Shown here piece after piece: positions 30,301-44,564 of a DNA stretch of 64,000 nucleotides. Each line of letters starts with the position of its first letter. Within the stretch, counting starts at the first letter, position 1. Both the position numbers and the translations under genes were made by a program. Under the pieces are notes generated by a model. The model had not been told where the DNA came from. It did not search any database and saw only the letters and a program-made list of their open reading frames with translations. Source of the stretch: Macrostomum lignano (Eukaryota); the NCBI GenBank assembly GCA_002269645.1, contig NIVC01000753.1, positions 366,979 to 430,978 on the forward strand, in the 5' to 3' direction.

Positions 30301-33300
30301 GAATGTTGCTTATCAATTGATGCTGATACTGAAGCCCAGATCCAACGATCACATACAGCCATTCATTTGGACTCAGATTTGGAGACTGAGACTGATGGCC
30401 AAAGAAGTGAGTCCTCCAAGAAAAAGATATATAGTAATATAAACAGTTACCTAATGATATACTTCTGGATGCTTGAGAAGAGCAAACTAATAATGTACTT
30501 CTATAGATTTAAGCAACTGTCAGTCAGAAATAAGACAAAGCATTGTATGATAAAAGATTTATTTACTTAAGATAGTATTATGACAGTTGTTTCATAAGAC
30601 TATGGGCTGTTACAACAGATAAAGCATCTATGATGACAGGAAGTCAAGTTGGACTTACAAGTTTACTAAAACCATGGGCAAGAAACAATTTCTTCTAACA
30701 CCATTGTGCTGCACACAAATTGGAGCCTTCTATGTATCATGCCTTAGAAAATTTGCCATATATATAATGCCTAGATACACTATTGCAATGCCTAGACAAC
30801 AGGCAGAAAAATCTCCCAATTGCAACTTAGTTCCTCCCAATTGTGACTTAGTTCCTCCTAACTGCAACTTAGTTCCTCCTAACTGCAACTTAGTTCCTCC
30901 TAATTGCAACTTAGTTCCCTGATTGGGATTTAATTTTCACATTGTATATGACTTTTCTTGCCTTTTTCTCTTTTTCTTTCCTCTTTCCCCTCTTTTTCTT
31001 CTCCCTTCTTTCTTTTCCTTTTCTCTTCTTCTCCTTTTTTTCTTTCTCCAATTTTTTGTTTTTTTGCATTTTTAATTTTGCAACTTACCTTAGCTGGTGG
31101 CCATTTCAACTATCTAGTTCAGACAGGTTGGACAGGTGTTTGGCATGTATGCTATTGGATAAGATGTCAATAGGATATCAACGAGATGTCAACTATTTGC
31201 TATTTGGCCATTATGATACCACCTATTTTAAGAAAGGTTTTGGAAACTTCTTGTACTGGATGGCTTACTATTATTACTATTACTATTAACTAATATAATA
31301 CTTACTTGATAATAACACTTACAATATGCTTGCTACTCATACATGCGCAACTTTGGAAATCACTTGGCCATTTCTATTGGCAACACACACACATATAAGT
31401 CGCTATTGGCTGAGAGCAGTCACGGGACTATTATTCTGTCCAATAGCAACTTATGTGTGTATGTTGCCAATAGAAATGGCTAGGTGAATCCCTAGGTTGC
31501 ACCCAAGCATATTGCTACACATTTGGTTTTAAACCACTTTGGCAAAGGAATTTTTGGCAAAAGTCAATATTGGCAAAAAATACTTTTGCAATGACCATTT
31601 TGTCTAAAGCTGGCTATTTTGGCAAATGATTTGTAGAGATAATTCTAAGCTTTGGCAAAAAGTGAAGAATTCCTATTGTATTATAAAAATTTAAAATAAA
31701 AAGATAGACTTTATAAAGACATTCATTAGGATATGTTTTTTATTCTACAACAATTTTGTTATTTTATTTGTAAAATGTTCTTAGGTGTTGTTTCCCTTAT
31801 GCCATACTAAGGAAGGTGGCCTTTTTGCTTGAAAATTCTAATGTGCATTAGCCCCTCAATAGTTTAGTTGGCATACATTTGGCATACTGCGTACACAACA
31901 AATTGCATTTGGCATACAAGAAAGTGGCATACAATAACAAAGCTTTTTGAAAATGTAAGTATCTTTAGTTTCTGTAACAAAAACTATATCAACATTTGAA
32001 AAAAAGGTTGCAGTTAAAAGATGATGGGAGTGCAAATGAAAAGAAAAATAATATTAATAGAATGTGATAATACTTTTTAAAATAATTTAAGTACTAAGAC
32101 TTTGCCTAAATGCAAGTTATTGTAAAGGAAAGATAGACACGACACTTATTTTGTTATAATGTAAATACAAATGTCAAATGTCAAATGGAAAAAGGTCCTA
32201 TAATGTGGCAGCGCCAAAGTAAAGTTGCATAATTTTTTAATTTTGGCATATATGACAATCTCATTTCCAATTTTTGGTATACTTGGCATACATAGGGCCT
32301 AGGGGCCTCTTCCCAAATTTAATTCCAACATGCACATGTCACATGGCCCTTATGGTAGGATTTCAAAGTACAATTTAGAAATGAACTGAAAAACCATGAC
32401 CATCTAATAACTAATCCATTTATTGTACTTTGTGTGCATGGTGCATATAACATAGCAACCAGCTAAGTCATAATTTTTTATATGCAAACTGCAAATATAT
32501 GCAAGGTGGTCAATAAATAATTTATTAAAAGCTACAATCACCAATTAGTAGTATATTTATACTAAACTGGTCACTTTTTTGCCAAAATTTCTATGTATCC
32601 AAACTAAAAATTCACTTTTGACAAAGCATCTTTCAAAAAAAATTTATCAAAATGGGCTGCACCCTTGTATTCCCCATAGTCCAGATGATGTACATTACAC
32701 CGGAAATTTCCGGCGTACAATTGAAAATTTTACTTTTTTGGCATACAATTGGCATAAAAATGAGGCAAAATATATTTGGCATACCTTTTGGCATGACGCC
32801 GTGGCGTAAATACGCCAAGCAGCGTATGCCAACTCCAACATTCACGCCAAAGTTAATATTAACAATTGTTGGCATAATGCCATGACCTCAGAATCTAATT
32901 ATAAAATCATAAAAACCATAAAACTCGTAAGATGAAAGTTCATTAACTATTCGTGATTTATAAAAATTTAAAATTCTACGCAAACTAATCGTGCAATTTT
33001 CTGAAGAAAACTTAAACAAAAAATTGATTTTTGTTGGCATTATCTGTAAGCCAATTTACTTTAAATAAAAACCACACATTTGTTAAATTTTAATTGTTAA
33101 AATTGTTAAAAAATGTGTAACACGCAAAAAAGGTCATTTTTTTGTCGCAAAGCCTAAAAAACCTGGCGTAAGTTCCTAGGACCTTGGCATATGTTTCAGT
33201 TATGAAGTGGCGTAGACTTTTTAAGGGACTTTTTTTCCGGTGTATACCATGACATGATCCTGACTATGGTGTATTCCACCTGTTGCAACTATCTTATATA

Positions 33301-34287
33301 AAAAACTGAAAAATAGTTTAATGCAGCAAACTAGGAGATTGCCAGTAAGTGGTACACCTAATTATATTAACTATAAAATAACAAATTATATGAAAATAGT
33401 AGTCATTGGGCCTTATTCTTATGAATGCATTTAAAAAACTGGAGAAGCCTTATTCAACTTGTCAAAAAACTTGACTAAGTCCTTAATTTATATCCAAAAG
33501 TCTAGCTCAGTTGGACTATACTTTAAGTCTTTAAGTATATTTATTATGCCTATCTCTATAAGATATAATGCATCTTATATAGTTATAGGCCTAGTTAATA
33601 CAATACATAGTTGTAGGCCTAGTTAAATGCAACTTAGGTAGGCCTACATATTATAGGTTGGTGATCTGTTCTAGTTTGTTTTGCAATATTATTCTCAAGT
33701 TTGAATTGGTGCTGCAACATAATGGCACATTAGAAAATGATGTATATGGCCAAAAGGGATGCAAAAATAGCACTGTTAAAGACATTCTGATTTCACTGGC
33801 TGTCTGAAGAATTTCACACAGCATTTGGTGCTGTGCTGTATTGGGTGTGGCATTATTATCCTCTGTAACCAGATCCTCTGTTTTCCGCCCCCCCCCCCAA
33901 ATGTTACTGTTACTCATCTGCTTCTATTTCACATCCCTTTTGGCCGTAGGTATCGTTTTCTGATGTTTCACTACATTGACGCACCATTTTAACTAAAATA
34001 AACAAGCGAATAATTTCGCGAAACAAACTGGAAGATCGCCTATAGATCTAGTCTTATGGACTCCAAACACTCAAATAATCATCTAGGCTTAGACGTACAA
34101 TAATTTCCATTTTGTAATAAAATTACCTTTCATCATCGAATTCAATAAATGCAAAAGGTGGTCCCCTGCTATTTTTTAAATCAATTTCACGAATGTTTCC
34201 ATATTTGTCGAACAAATCACGAATGTCCTTAGATCGGACGTCAGGTGGCAGGTTCCCAACATAAACTGTCTTTGAACCACGAGACAT
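27311..34287 (-). CDS. SRSF1: SR splicing factor, SRSF1/SRSF9 (ASF/SF2)-like: two RRMs + RS domain. Exons 34287-34127, 28569-28221, 27535-27311 (~244 aa)
   Basis: [18 protein letters not shown]...[34 protein letters not shown]; pseudo-RRM [13 protein letters not shown]; [13 protein letters not shown]; RS-rich tail; phase-consistent GT-AG introns. SRSF1 versus SRSF9 orthology not resolved. Confidence 0.93.
27815..28075. repeat. 34-nt minisatellite (GAGGGAGTGACAAGAGCGCTCTGAAAAGCTGAAT) in SRSF1-like intron 2
   Basis: Tandem copies visible. Confidence 0.9.
31338..31511. mobile_element. Largely palindromic MITE sharing the CATACATG(C/T)GCAAC terminus with 25358-25642
   Basis: Arms GCCATTTCTATTGGCAAC...ATAAG..GCTATTGG / CCAATAGC..CTTAT...GTTGCCAATAGAAATGGC; flanks TTGCTAC(T/A) resemble a TSD. 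Confidence 0.7.
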
Positions 34288-35189
34288 TTAAGATTTCAAT
34301 CAAGTCGATAGCTTAGCCTTAGCAACTGTAAGTCAGTGTTTATTGCTGGGATGAAAATAGAAAATCAGTAGCTACAGACAGCTACACAAGAGCAGAAGGG
34401 GTGATTAGGTACTTAGAATTTTTCAAGAATAATTTTAAACTTTAACTGAAACAGAATGGACCTGGTTCTTAAGATACAAGAAGCGCACCGATTTTCGTAA
34501 AATTTGTAAGATGCAAGCTTGCTTGCAAGTTAGTTAATTGTCAACAGCTAAACAGTTCTTGTAAAGTATTTTTAATTTTTTATGCATCATTTGAATGTAT
34601 GTACTTTTTATAATGTATTCTGTGTTCCTGGAAATTATCTATTAATTATTTTAGTCAGTGTTTTTTTCAGTAGTGTTTTTTTTCCGCGATACTTACTGTA
34701 CGTACTTTATTACTATTGTTTTACTGTATGTTAATTCCTATCGTATTTGAAACGCGAATGCGCTGTGTTTCAAGGAGCCTCTTCACGGCAATCGGTTCTA
34801 GAATCAGAATAAATTCGAGTTCTAGAACCAGAACCAGTGTGAAATGAGGAGTTTCGAACCCATTTTATGTTTGACAGTCTTTACAATTTGATTTTGTCGT
34901 TTTTGACTTTGAATTTCCTCTTGGATATGACAAAAAAGGAATAATTATATAACAATAATAAAAAATTGACGATTTCAAATATATTTTACTGTTAAAGTGT
35001 AAACATGACAACGGTTTGAGAAAATTTCTCGAACTATATTCTAGAACCAGAACCATGTTCCGGAACTGATCCTGTTTTTCGAACCATCGATATGAAGAGC
35101 GTCGAACCGGTTCGGAACCGGTTCCGTTTTTCGAACCGGCAATATGAAGAGGCTCAAGGTGTTAGGGTTTCTAGGCGCCGTGGTAGTTG

Positions 35190-36052
35190 TAGGGGGAGTA
35201 CGACGTTTGCTTGCGGGAAGTTTTCTTGCCGAAGTTTGCTTGCAGGAATTTTGCTTGCCGAACTTTGCTTGCCGAGCTTTGCTTGCGGAATTTTGATGTC
35301 TGCTTCCTAGAAATTCGCAATCACAATTGCAAGGTTTTAACTTGCCGAATTAGAATATTTTTTGTCTGCTTGCTTGTTTTGATTGCTTGTGAAGTTGGTC
35401 CGTCAATTATTACTTACTACAGATGCTTTGCAAGTGGATTCTTTATCAGCATCGACGTAAACTGACTTGACGCTGAGCTTTCAAACTAGGCTTATAGAGT
35501 TTCATTCTAAGAATTTAAGGGTCGCAATATAAAGCTGTCGTAGCGTAAGTTCGATCGTACGTCGGAACTTTTACACTACGGAGATGGGAGCTAAGAACGA
35601 TCTTATCTTACGATGTTCTGCATTAGGGCTTTTCAAATCCGCCAAATCCTCATACAAAATCATAACACTATAGGCGACTTCCACGAATCTTAGAAAACAA
35701 AAATTAGAAATACAAGAGCTCAATAATAGGTTCTCTAAGGTTCCGCAAGAAAACTGTGGCTGGCAAATCTCGGCAAGCAAAGTTCCTGCAAGCAAACTTC
35801 GGCAAGCTTATGTGCAGCAAGCAAATTTCCTGCAAGCAAAATTCGGCAAGCAAACTTCGGCAAGCAAACTTCGGCAAGCAAAGCTCGGCAAGCAAACTTC
35901 GGCAGGCAAAATTCCGCAAGCAAAGTTCGGCAAGCAGACTTCGGCAAGCAAAGCTCGGCAAGCAAACTTCGGCAGGCAAAATTCCGCAAGCAAAGTTCGG
36001 CAAGCAGACTTCGGCAAGCAAATTTCCGCAAGCAAATTTCATAGACCCGTTA
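35190..36052. mobile_element. Foldback-like element with ~15-nt subrepeats (TTGCTTGCCGAAGT / ACTTCGGCAAGCAA) in inverted orientation at its two ends
   Basis: Subrepeat arrays at ~35205-35300 and ~35765-36040 are reverse complements; degenerate termini GGGGAGTACGACGTTTGCTTGCGG versus CCGCAAGCAAATTTCATAGACCC. Confidence 0.6.
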
Positions 36053-36299
36053 GACTGCTGCAGACTGTGGTGGTGAAGCTGGAGAATGGAGATACACAAA
36101 TTCCTCTCAGGGCTGCTAATTGGCCAGAAAGATGACGTGATTAAAGCATGAGAAATGATAACAACCATGATAGTACTACATTTAACATCCCACAAACTAG
36201 CTTTCGAAGCAGGGATCGGCAGATTTTTATCTCAAAGGCCAGATAAAGAATCCAGCTCATGGCTGCGGGCCAGATGAGAGTGAAAAGAAAAAGGAATAG

Positions 36300-37915
<1,616 letters not shown>

Positions 37916-38977
37916 AGAAGTAGAGGTCAGAGTTTGCCTGACATTCTGCGCACTGTGCGCAGCACCCCAGCCAACAAAATCAATGCTTGCTTCAAATCCT
38001 AATTTTAAACGAATGTACACTCCATTTATCCTAACTATTAACAAGTTTTTGTTTGAGTTTGACCTCAGATTTCAGAATACATGCAAAAATGATTCCGGGG
38101 AATGGAGTTCCCCGGGTTCAAAATCCGCGGCTTTCAACAGCTTGTTGCTATATAAAAACGAAAGTTTCTGCATAGCAAACAGCTAGTTTTGAGAAAAGTA
38201 TTCATTTCGAACAACGAACTCCTATCAACTTCTTCCCACAGAAATCTGCTAAATTCCGGTTTCCCAAAAGGCACCTGTATTTTATTTCATGAAGCCGATA
38301 GATAAAAAATGACAGAAAACCGATTTATAAAAGCCGAGATGCCTTAAAATTTTCAGTCATCTAAGAATCCTAGTCCACAGGTTTGTGAAATTCCGTAAGC
38401 ATAAAGACAGACTGTTTTTTGATCTTCATCTTTCATTGGTCATACATATACACACATACTAGCTGCAGTATCGTTCACTTTATTAGGCAAGCCCTGCTGT
38501 GTTGGCTTGCTGTGGTGGCTGCGTACACGCGTACGAGCTAGCTAGCTAACGAAACAAACAGGGCCTTCACAGTTTCTGAGGCGCGAGAGAGAGCCGGTAA
38601 GCACAACTTACATTTTGCTATTTCTTCATTGCACCTGAGCTTGGAAATTTGCTTTTTACAAACCAGAAGAATATATGTATAGCTGTGTAAGGCTTGAAAA
38701 ATATTAATATTCTACCTCGTATTTTTCTCGTTGCTCCTAACAACGGGGGTTGCTTGCAAAAGCCATTCCAAACACAATTACTGCTGCGCGCTGCACACAG
38801 ACTCACATTGCAGCCGGACTGTACAGTGATGAAAACGCAGGCGAAAATTTGCATAATAAAGCCAGCTCAGCAAGCTGTGGGTGCGGCTTGGCCGTGCGCC
38901 TCGACTTTAGTTGAATCTATAGTTTACATACAGCACTAGAGCCAGTTCTCAAGTAGAAATAAATAGCATTAAAAATC

Positions 38978-39424
38978 ATGCATAATAGCGTACACCCGGA
39001 TCCTGCTGGCAGCAAGCCTCCTGAGCCCGTGTACCCGCCGCCGCCGTACCAGGCCTACCCGCCGCAGAGCTACCCGCCGCAGCAGCAGCCACAGCAGCAG
39101 CAGCCACAGCAGCAGCAGCCACAGTCGCAGCATCAGCAGCAGCAACAGACAGTAGTTAATATTCAAACTGCATCCTTACCCACCGCAACGGCCTATAAAT
39201 TAGGTCGCTACCCGGTTCCACTGACGTGTCCGTATTGTAGCAGCTATGTGAACACTCTGGTCACCTACAGTCCTGGCAGCTTCACCTGGTTAATTTGTTT
39301 TCTTCTGTGCATATTCGGCTTTGCCCTGTGCTGTCTGATTCCATTCTGCGTGGATTCCTGCAAGGACGCGCATCACTCCTGCCCGAACTGCCGTGGAACC
39401 ATCGGCGTCTGCAAGGCTAACTGA
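38978..39424 (+). CDS. LITAF-domain protein 1 (148 aa), intronless CDS
   Basis: PPPY/Gln-rich N-terminus; PVPLTCPYC...hydrophobic segment...CKDAHHSCPNC. Confidence 0.93.
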   Translation: MHNSVHPDPAGSKPPEPVYPPPPYQAYPPQSYPPQQQPQQQQPQQQQPQSQHQQQQQTVVNIQTASLPTATAYKLGRYPVPLTCPYCSSYVNTLVTYSPGSFTWLICFLLCIFGFALCCLIPFCVDSCKDAHHSCPNCRGTIGVCKAN

Positions 39425-40834
39425 TCTAATTGAGAGACAAGCAGATGAAAAAAATTTATTGAAACTTGTAGGCTTTTCGTTTTCTATACATTGTACTTGC
39501 GTGTGTTTAAACGGCTTTAAAACAAAGCGCTACAGCTCTTTAACACACTTCTAACAACTATGTTTATACGAGGTATGTACAATTTTTTTACAGTTTTTGA
39601 GAGCCTTGTTGAAGTAACTCAACTTTCTGTTAAGAGAACAAAATGAAATTAAAATGTTCGAATATTTAATACAACAACTAAAATATTTGCTTGTTTATCC
39701 AGACATAAAATTTTCTGCTTAGCTCAACGCAAATTTCTACTGTCCCGCAAATGTTTTCGTTCTTCTGCTGAACTTATAAGCTACGCAAATTTGAACTCTT
39801 ATGATGCAAAATGTATTATCTGCTTCAAAGACTATTACATAACCAAAATGAATCCGAAACATACATTTTTTTGTTTTAGAGGCCTTTTTACAAGCGTACA
39901 CTGTACATCCATGAGAAATAATACAATTACCGCAGCCAGCGAGGAATCACGCTGAAACAATCTGCAGCACCACATCATGCGCATCATACATGTACTCGTA
40001 CATGTAATATACATTCATGTAAGCGTCCTACAGTGTACTATCCACAGCCATGTATAGGATGTGCTGCTATGTTGCTCCTATATATGAGTCAATGAGTTCT
40101 ATAACTAGCAGGATTTAGCAGGAGCTACGTTACTTTTGTATATTGTATAATGTGATGGATCGAAGCGAAAAAACAACGGCCTCCTCTCGTCTCGCCCGGT
40201 TCTATCCAGCCAGACCAGCTCTACACTAAAGGGCAGATAGCAAAGCTGAGGTTCGAAGGCCAAGCCAGCAGCCTGCGAACGCGTGACACAGTGGAATCGC
40301 AGCAATGCTTCTGGGGGGTGATATAGTTTCCTAACAACGGGACAGAGAAAAATGCTCGAGCGATAACCCTGCCCCGCTCATACTATGCATTGCTCTTCAT
40401 TTGTCAACTAAACCAGTTTGCTTGCTTGACTATAAAATACACTGTCTTGAATAATTTGCGGCATAGAAAGATTCCGAGATGTGAGCCTCACACTCATAAC
40501 AGGGCCCTTAGAGGCCAGTGTGTTAGAATTCTTTCTGACTTGTGAGCAGAAGATAGCAGGAATAAAAACTGTTATATGGATGACTCACACGAGGCCAATG
40601 CAAAGTCGATGCACTTCTGTAAGGCCAAAACGCAGCCTCACACGCATGTCTTCTAAACTCAAGCGCTTTTAACGAGTTACTCGCAGCAGCACTTTAGCAC
40701 ATAGACAAAACTATGGAAACGTAGAAGTGCAGGCGAAAACAATCGCATAGCCCAGGTGCGGAGTCAGACAGATAGCTGCCTAAAAAAGGTTGCACACTCA
40801 GTTTAGCCAAGCCGTCGCAGCCCAGCCATCAGCC

Positions 40835-41299
40835 ATGTCAGACACTCCACCGCCCAGCTACCAGTCGGCTGCGAAGGAGAAGCAAGCCGGCAGCCAGTCG
40901 TCTGGAAACCAACAGTCGACAACTGGAAATGCGACAGTTGAAAACCAGTCGCATTACGGGTACCCACAGCAAGCTGGCTACCAGCAAGCTGGCTACCAAC
41001 AAGCTGCCTATCAGCCTGTTCAACCCGTTGCAGTTCCAGTTGCAGTCCCGGCCATGGGCATGGGCACAGCGAACTTGGGAGAGGCGGCAACCCGCATGAC
41101 CTGCCAGTTCTGCGGGGCCGACATCATGACTAATACCCAGTACGTCATCGGCGTGACGGTCTGGATAATAGCGGCCGTGCTGTTTATCACCTGTCTTTGG
41201 CTCTGCATTTTCATTCCATTCGTCACTAACGCCTGCAAGGATGTCAAGCACTCGTGTCCGAACTGCAACAACCAGATAGGAGTGTACAAGCGCTGCTGA
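40835..41299 (+). CDS. LITAF-domain protein 2 (154 aa from ATG 40835), intronless CDS
   Basis: PPPSY; RMTCQFC...CKDVKHSCPNC. Confidence 0.93.
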   Translation: MSDTPPPSYQSAAKEKQAGSQSSGNQQSTTGNATVENQSHYGYPQQAGYQQAGYQQAAYQPVQPVAVPVAVPAMGMGTANLGEAATRMTCQFCGADIMTNTQYVIGVTVWIIAAVLFITCLWLCIFIPFVTNACKDVKHSCPNCNNQIGVYKRC

Positions 41300-43852
41300 A
41301 CAAGTTCGGCGATGCCATATCGGTCTGTCCAGAGCTCGCCCATCGTTAAAGCCATCGGGTTCGCGATCTCAAACAAATTATATAATTTAAAATCGACGGG
41401 TTTAATTGAATTGTAGCAGTCAGCAAAACTGCGACAAATGACTGCATCCATACTGTGTGTAAAATCTGTAATGCCACTAAATACACTTAGTAGTGCCGTC
41501 TCGCACGTGCAGAAGGACAAATATTCGAAGGCATGTTTGCATGTCATTTTCTTTATGTAACTTTCAGAAGTGCTTTTGGTAAAAGTTGAATAGCAGTATG
41601 GGTTGAATTTAAGCCTTTCTCTACCAATGTCCAGATCAGGGGTCGGCAAACTCCGGCCTGCGGGCCACATGCTGCCAACGAATACTCTTTATCGTGCCCT
41701 CTGGTCCGTTGAAGTTTTTCAATTGCAATCCGGCCCGCCCAAGGTTTGTGTCTTTTTTAGCTCTCTTCTCAGTTCTCTCTCCCCCCTTCTCTCTTTTCTA
41801 TCCTCTCCTCTTTTCTCTCATCTCCTCTTATCTTCTCTTTTATCGCATCTCTCATATCTCATTCGGCCCGTAGCAAGGATCTAGATTATTTATCTGCCCA
41901 TTGAGGTACAAAAGTTTGCCAACGCCTGATATAAATTGATAGTCAAAATTGCTGGGTTCAAATAATTTAAGATTAATGTGCGAAAAAGTGCCTAAAGCTT
42001 GCTTAGAACGCAGCTATTAGCAGCATGGAAAAGTGGATGACCACGGGATGTTCGGGACCAGTCGGGAGCAAAAGTTTTCGTGTCAGAGGTCTTTTTTTAA
42101 TTAAAGATTTTACTTTTTCAGGCAGCTTACAGCCATCTAAGTTTTTGGTAGGGTTGAAAGTTCCAAGTATTTCAGAAGTAAAAATGGGTAAAAAGCTGTT
42201 AAAAACTGCTCCGCAATCTGTGGTTCACTGTGTCTTCTTCCAACTTGTCTCGAGATCCCGGCCGCAAAAATCTTATCACATCCCGTCTCGTATCGACCGC
42301 TACAGCAAAGCCTATCTAAATATGATAGCGTTTTGGGATAATAACCAATTTTGGAAAAATCAATGACTTTTTATCAAATCGCTTTCTGGTCAATGTGTGG
42401 TTTAGCTAAAAAATTCTGTGACGGAACTCTTAGATCAAGAATTCAAGGACTAGTTAAGTTTCGTTTATATAGGACGATCCATATAATTTGTAGAGGCTGG
42501 AATTTCCAAGTGGTTAAGTAGTTCTTGGCGTATACTATAGACATGGAAAAAATAAAATATAATATAATGTAAACCATGCATTATGCATACACTGTATTGA
42601 TAGTAGAGCTACCAAAGGTCTTCCTGTTGCATGCTGTACCAGGCGACTAGGAGTGTTATTAATAAGAAAAATCTGACATAGTTGCAACAGGAAGTCCATA
42701 GTCGCCTGGTGTCAGGTGCCGACGACGTCCAGGTGACGACTGAATGCTTGAGAGACTAGCTGAGGATGTCCAGCAGTTGAGGCTTGCCCACTGTCGGAGC
42801 TTGTTCAGCGAAACTCAAGAAATTTGCAACATGGTCCATAATGGCAACAAAAGTCTGGACTTTCAACAATGGCCATCTGTTGAAAGTCCAGAAGCTCCGC
42901 CTGGGTGAAGGCCAGTGACAAACGAAGTCAGAGCTGATGAAGACACTTGTCGTCGAATTGCCGATGAAATTTGGAGGCTTGGCAAGGCTGCACTGAGGCG
43001 CAGTGCTGATTGGCGCACAGGGGTGTACTGAATACACTGGCGCTTTTGAGAAAAACATCCGACCTTCTGGCAGACTCGTCGAATATCTCGACGGTCCGGA
43101 GGGCTGGCGACTTGATTCTTGTTTGAGAAGGTGCGCAACAAAAAGTTGGCCCGTGTTCTTAAATTTTGGCTTGGCTTGGTGTTCCTACTGTTAACTGATT
43201 GGGGACAAAATCATGCACTTCCAGTGATAAAATTACACTTCGACGAGTTTCTGTGGCCGGGCTTACGTAAAATTAAATAATCAGTCTTTAATAAAATTTG
43301 CACGTTTTTGTGCGGGTCCCGCGTCCTCTCGTAATGTTAGCAATCCATCTGGAAATCCATACAGTTGTCTAAATTGCAAACTCTTGCCAGCTGTAAAATT
43401 CAAGTTAAATTCAGGGACTTACTGTACTCGTACAATCCTCTGTTGAGCTGTCCGTTAGTACAGTGTTGCTAGAAAATTAAAAATCCCAACAGACAGAATC
43501 AAGAATGGAATGCACAGCAGGGTCTCGTCGCAATGGCATTCATTCCGTCCAGGCTGTACGCCTGCTCTCGTGAACTCTCTTTCCCTGTATTCGAGAGGGC
43601 GGAGAGAGGAGAGGAGAGAGGAACTGGAGTGACATTGTACAGTCCGGAGTGGAAGCGGAGTATTGTTTGCCGTTGCCAATGACAACGGCAGTCTGAGCTG
43701 AGCACGCAGACTCTATTCCACTCTATTTCTCTCTGACAAGCTGTGCCTTGCCAGTTTAGGGGAACTGCTAAGACTGTAAAGCAGATCAGAGGAGACTCAG
43801 CATCGGAGCTGCTAGTTGACATTAACTATTGGTCTTCATCGTTCAGGAGGAC

Positions 43853-44431
43853 ATGAGCGGAACCGTGCACCCGGTTGGTGTCAGCAAGACGGACGGCGCC
43901 AATCCGTCTGCAGCTCAGCCTGGGTACCCGCCAAGCTACCCGACTGCCTCCACAGCTCAGCCTGGATACCCGCCAAGCTACCCGACTGCCTCCACAGCTC
44001 AGCCTGGATACCCGCCAAGCTACCCGACTGCCTCCACAGCTCAGCCTGGGTACCCGACTAGCTACCCTGCTCAGCAGCAGCATCAGCAACCGCCGCCGCC
44101 GCCTGCCTACCCAGCCGCTGGCGGCTACCAAGGCCAGCCCGCTCAGCATCATTTGGTAGTGATGCAGCAGCAGCCAGTGGTTGTGAACGCCACAATTCCG
44201 CGATTCAACCAGTCGCCGGTGTGGATGGTCTGCCCAAACTGTCACAACAATGTGCAGACCACTGTCTATTATAAGATCGGCGGCTACACCTGGCTGATTG
44301 CCGCTATTCTGTTCTTCGTCGGCCTGTCGCTCGGCTGCTGTCTGATCCCGTTCTGCGTGAACTCGTGCAAAGACGTTGAGCACATCTGTCCGAGCTGCAA
44401 CCGAATGGTTGGCCGATTCCACCGTCTGTAA
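43853..44431 (+). CDS. LITAF-domain protein 3 (192 aa from ATG 43853), intronless CDS
   Basis: PGYPPSY repeats; PVWMVCPNC...CKDVEHICPSC. Confidence 0.93.
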   Translation: MSGTVHPVGVSKTDGANPSAAQPGYPPSYPTASTAQPGYPPSYPTASTAQPGYPPSYPTASTAQPGYPTSYPAQQQHQQPPPPPAYPAAGGYQGQPAQHHLVVMQQQPVVVNATIPRFNQSPVWMVCPNCHNNVQTTVYYKIGGYTWLIAAILFFVGLSLGCCLIPFCVNSCKDVEHICPSCNRMVGRFHRL

Positions 44432-44564
44432 TTCGGGGCGTCGGCACTTTTTAGATAATTCTGCTTGATTGGCAGTAGACTCATTACAGCTTCTTGTAAC
44501 CTTTTTGATAACCTTTTTTGTTTTTACCCTAAATGATAATTTATTAATATAGGCTCTCGGGGTA

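Noticed and set aside
29926-30570. 214-aa orphan ORF antisense in SRSF1-like intron 1
   Set aside because: No recognisable domain, with low-complexity AT-rich ends; may be a transposon remnant but cannot be supported.
41020-41670. 216-aa minus-strand ORF
   Set aside because: Overlaps LITAF gene 2 in antisense and has no recognisable motif.
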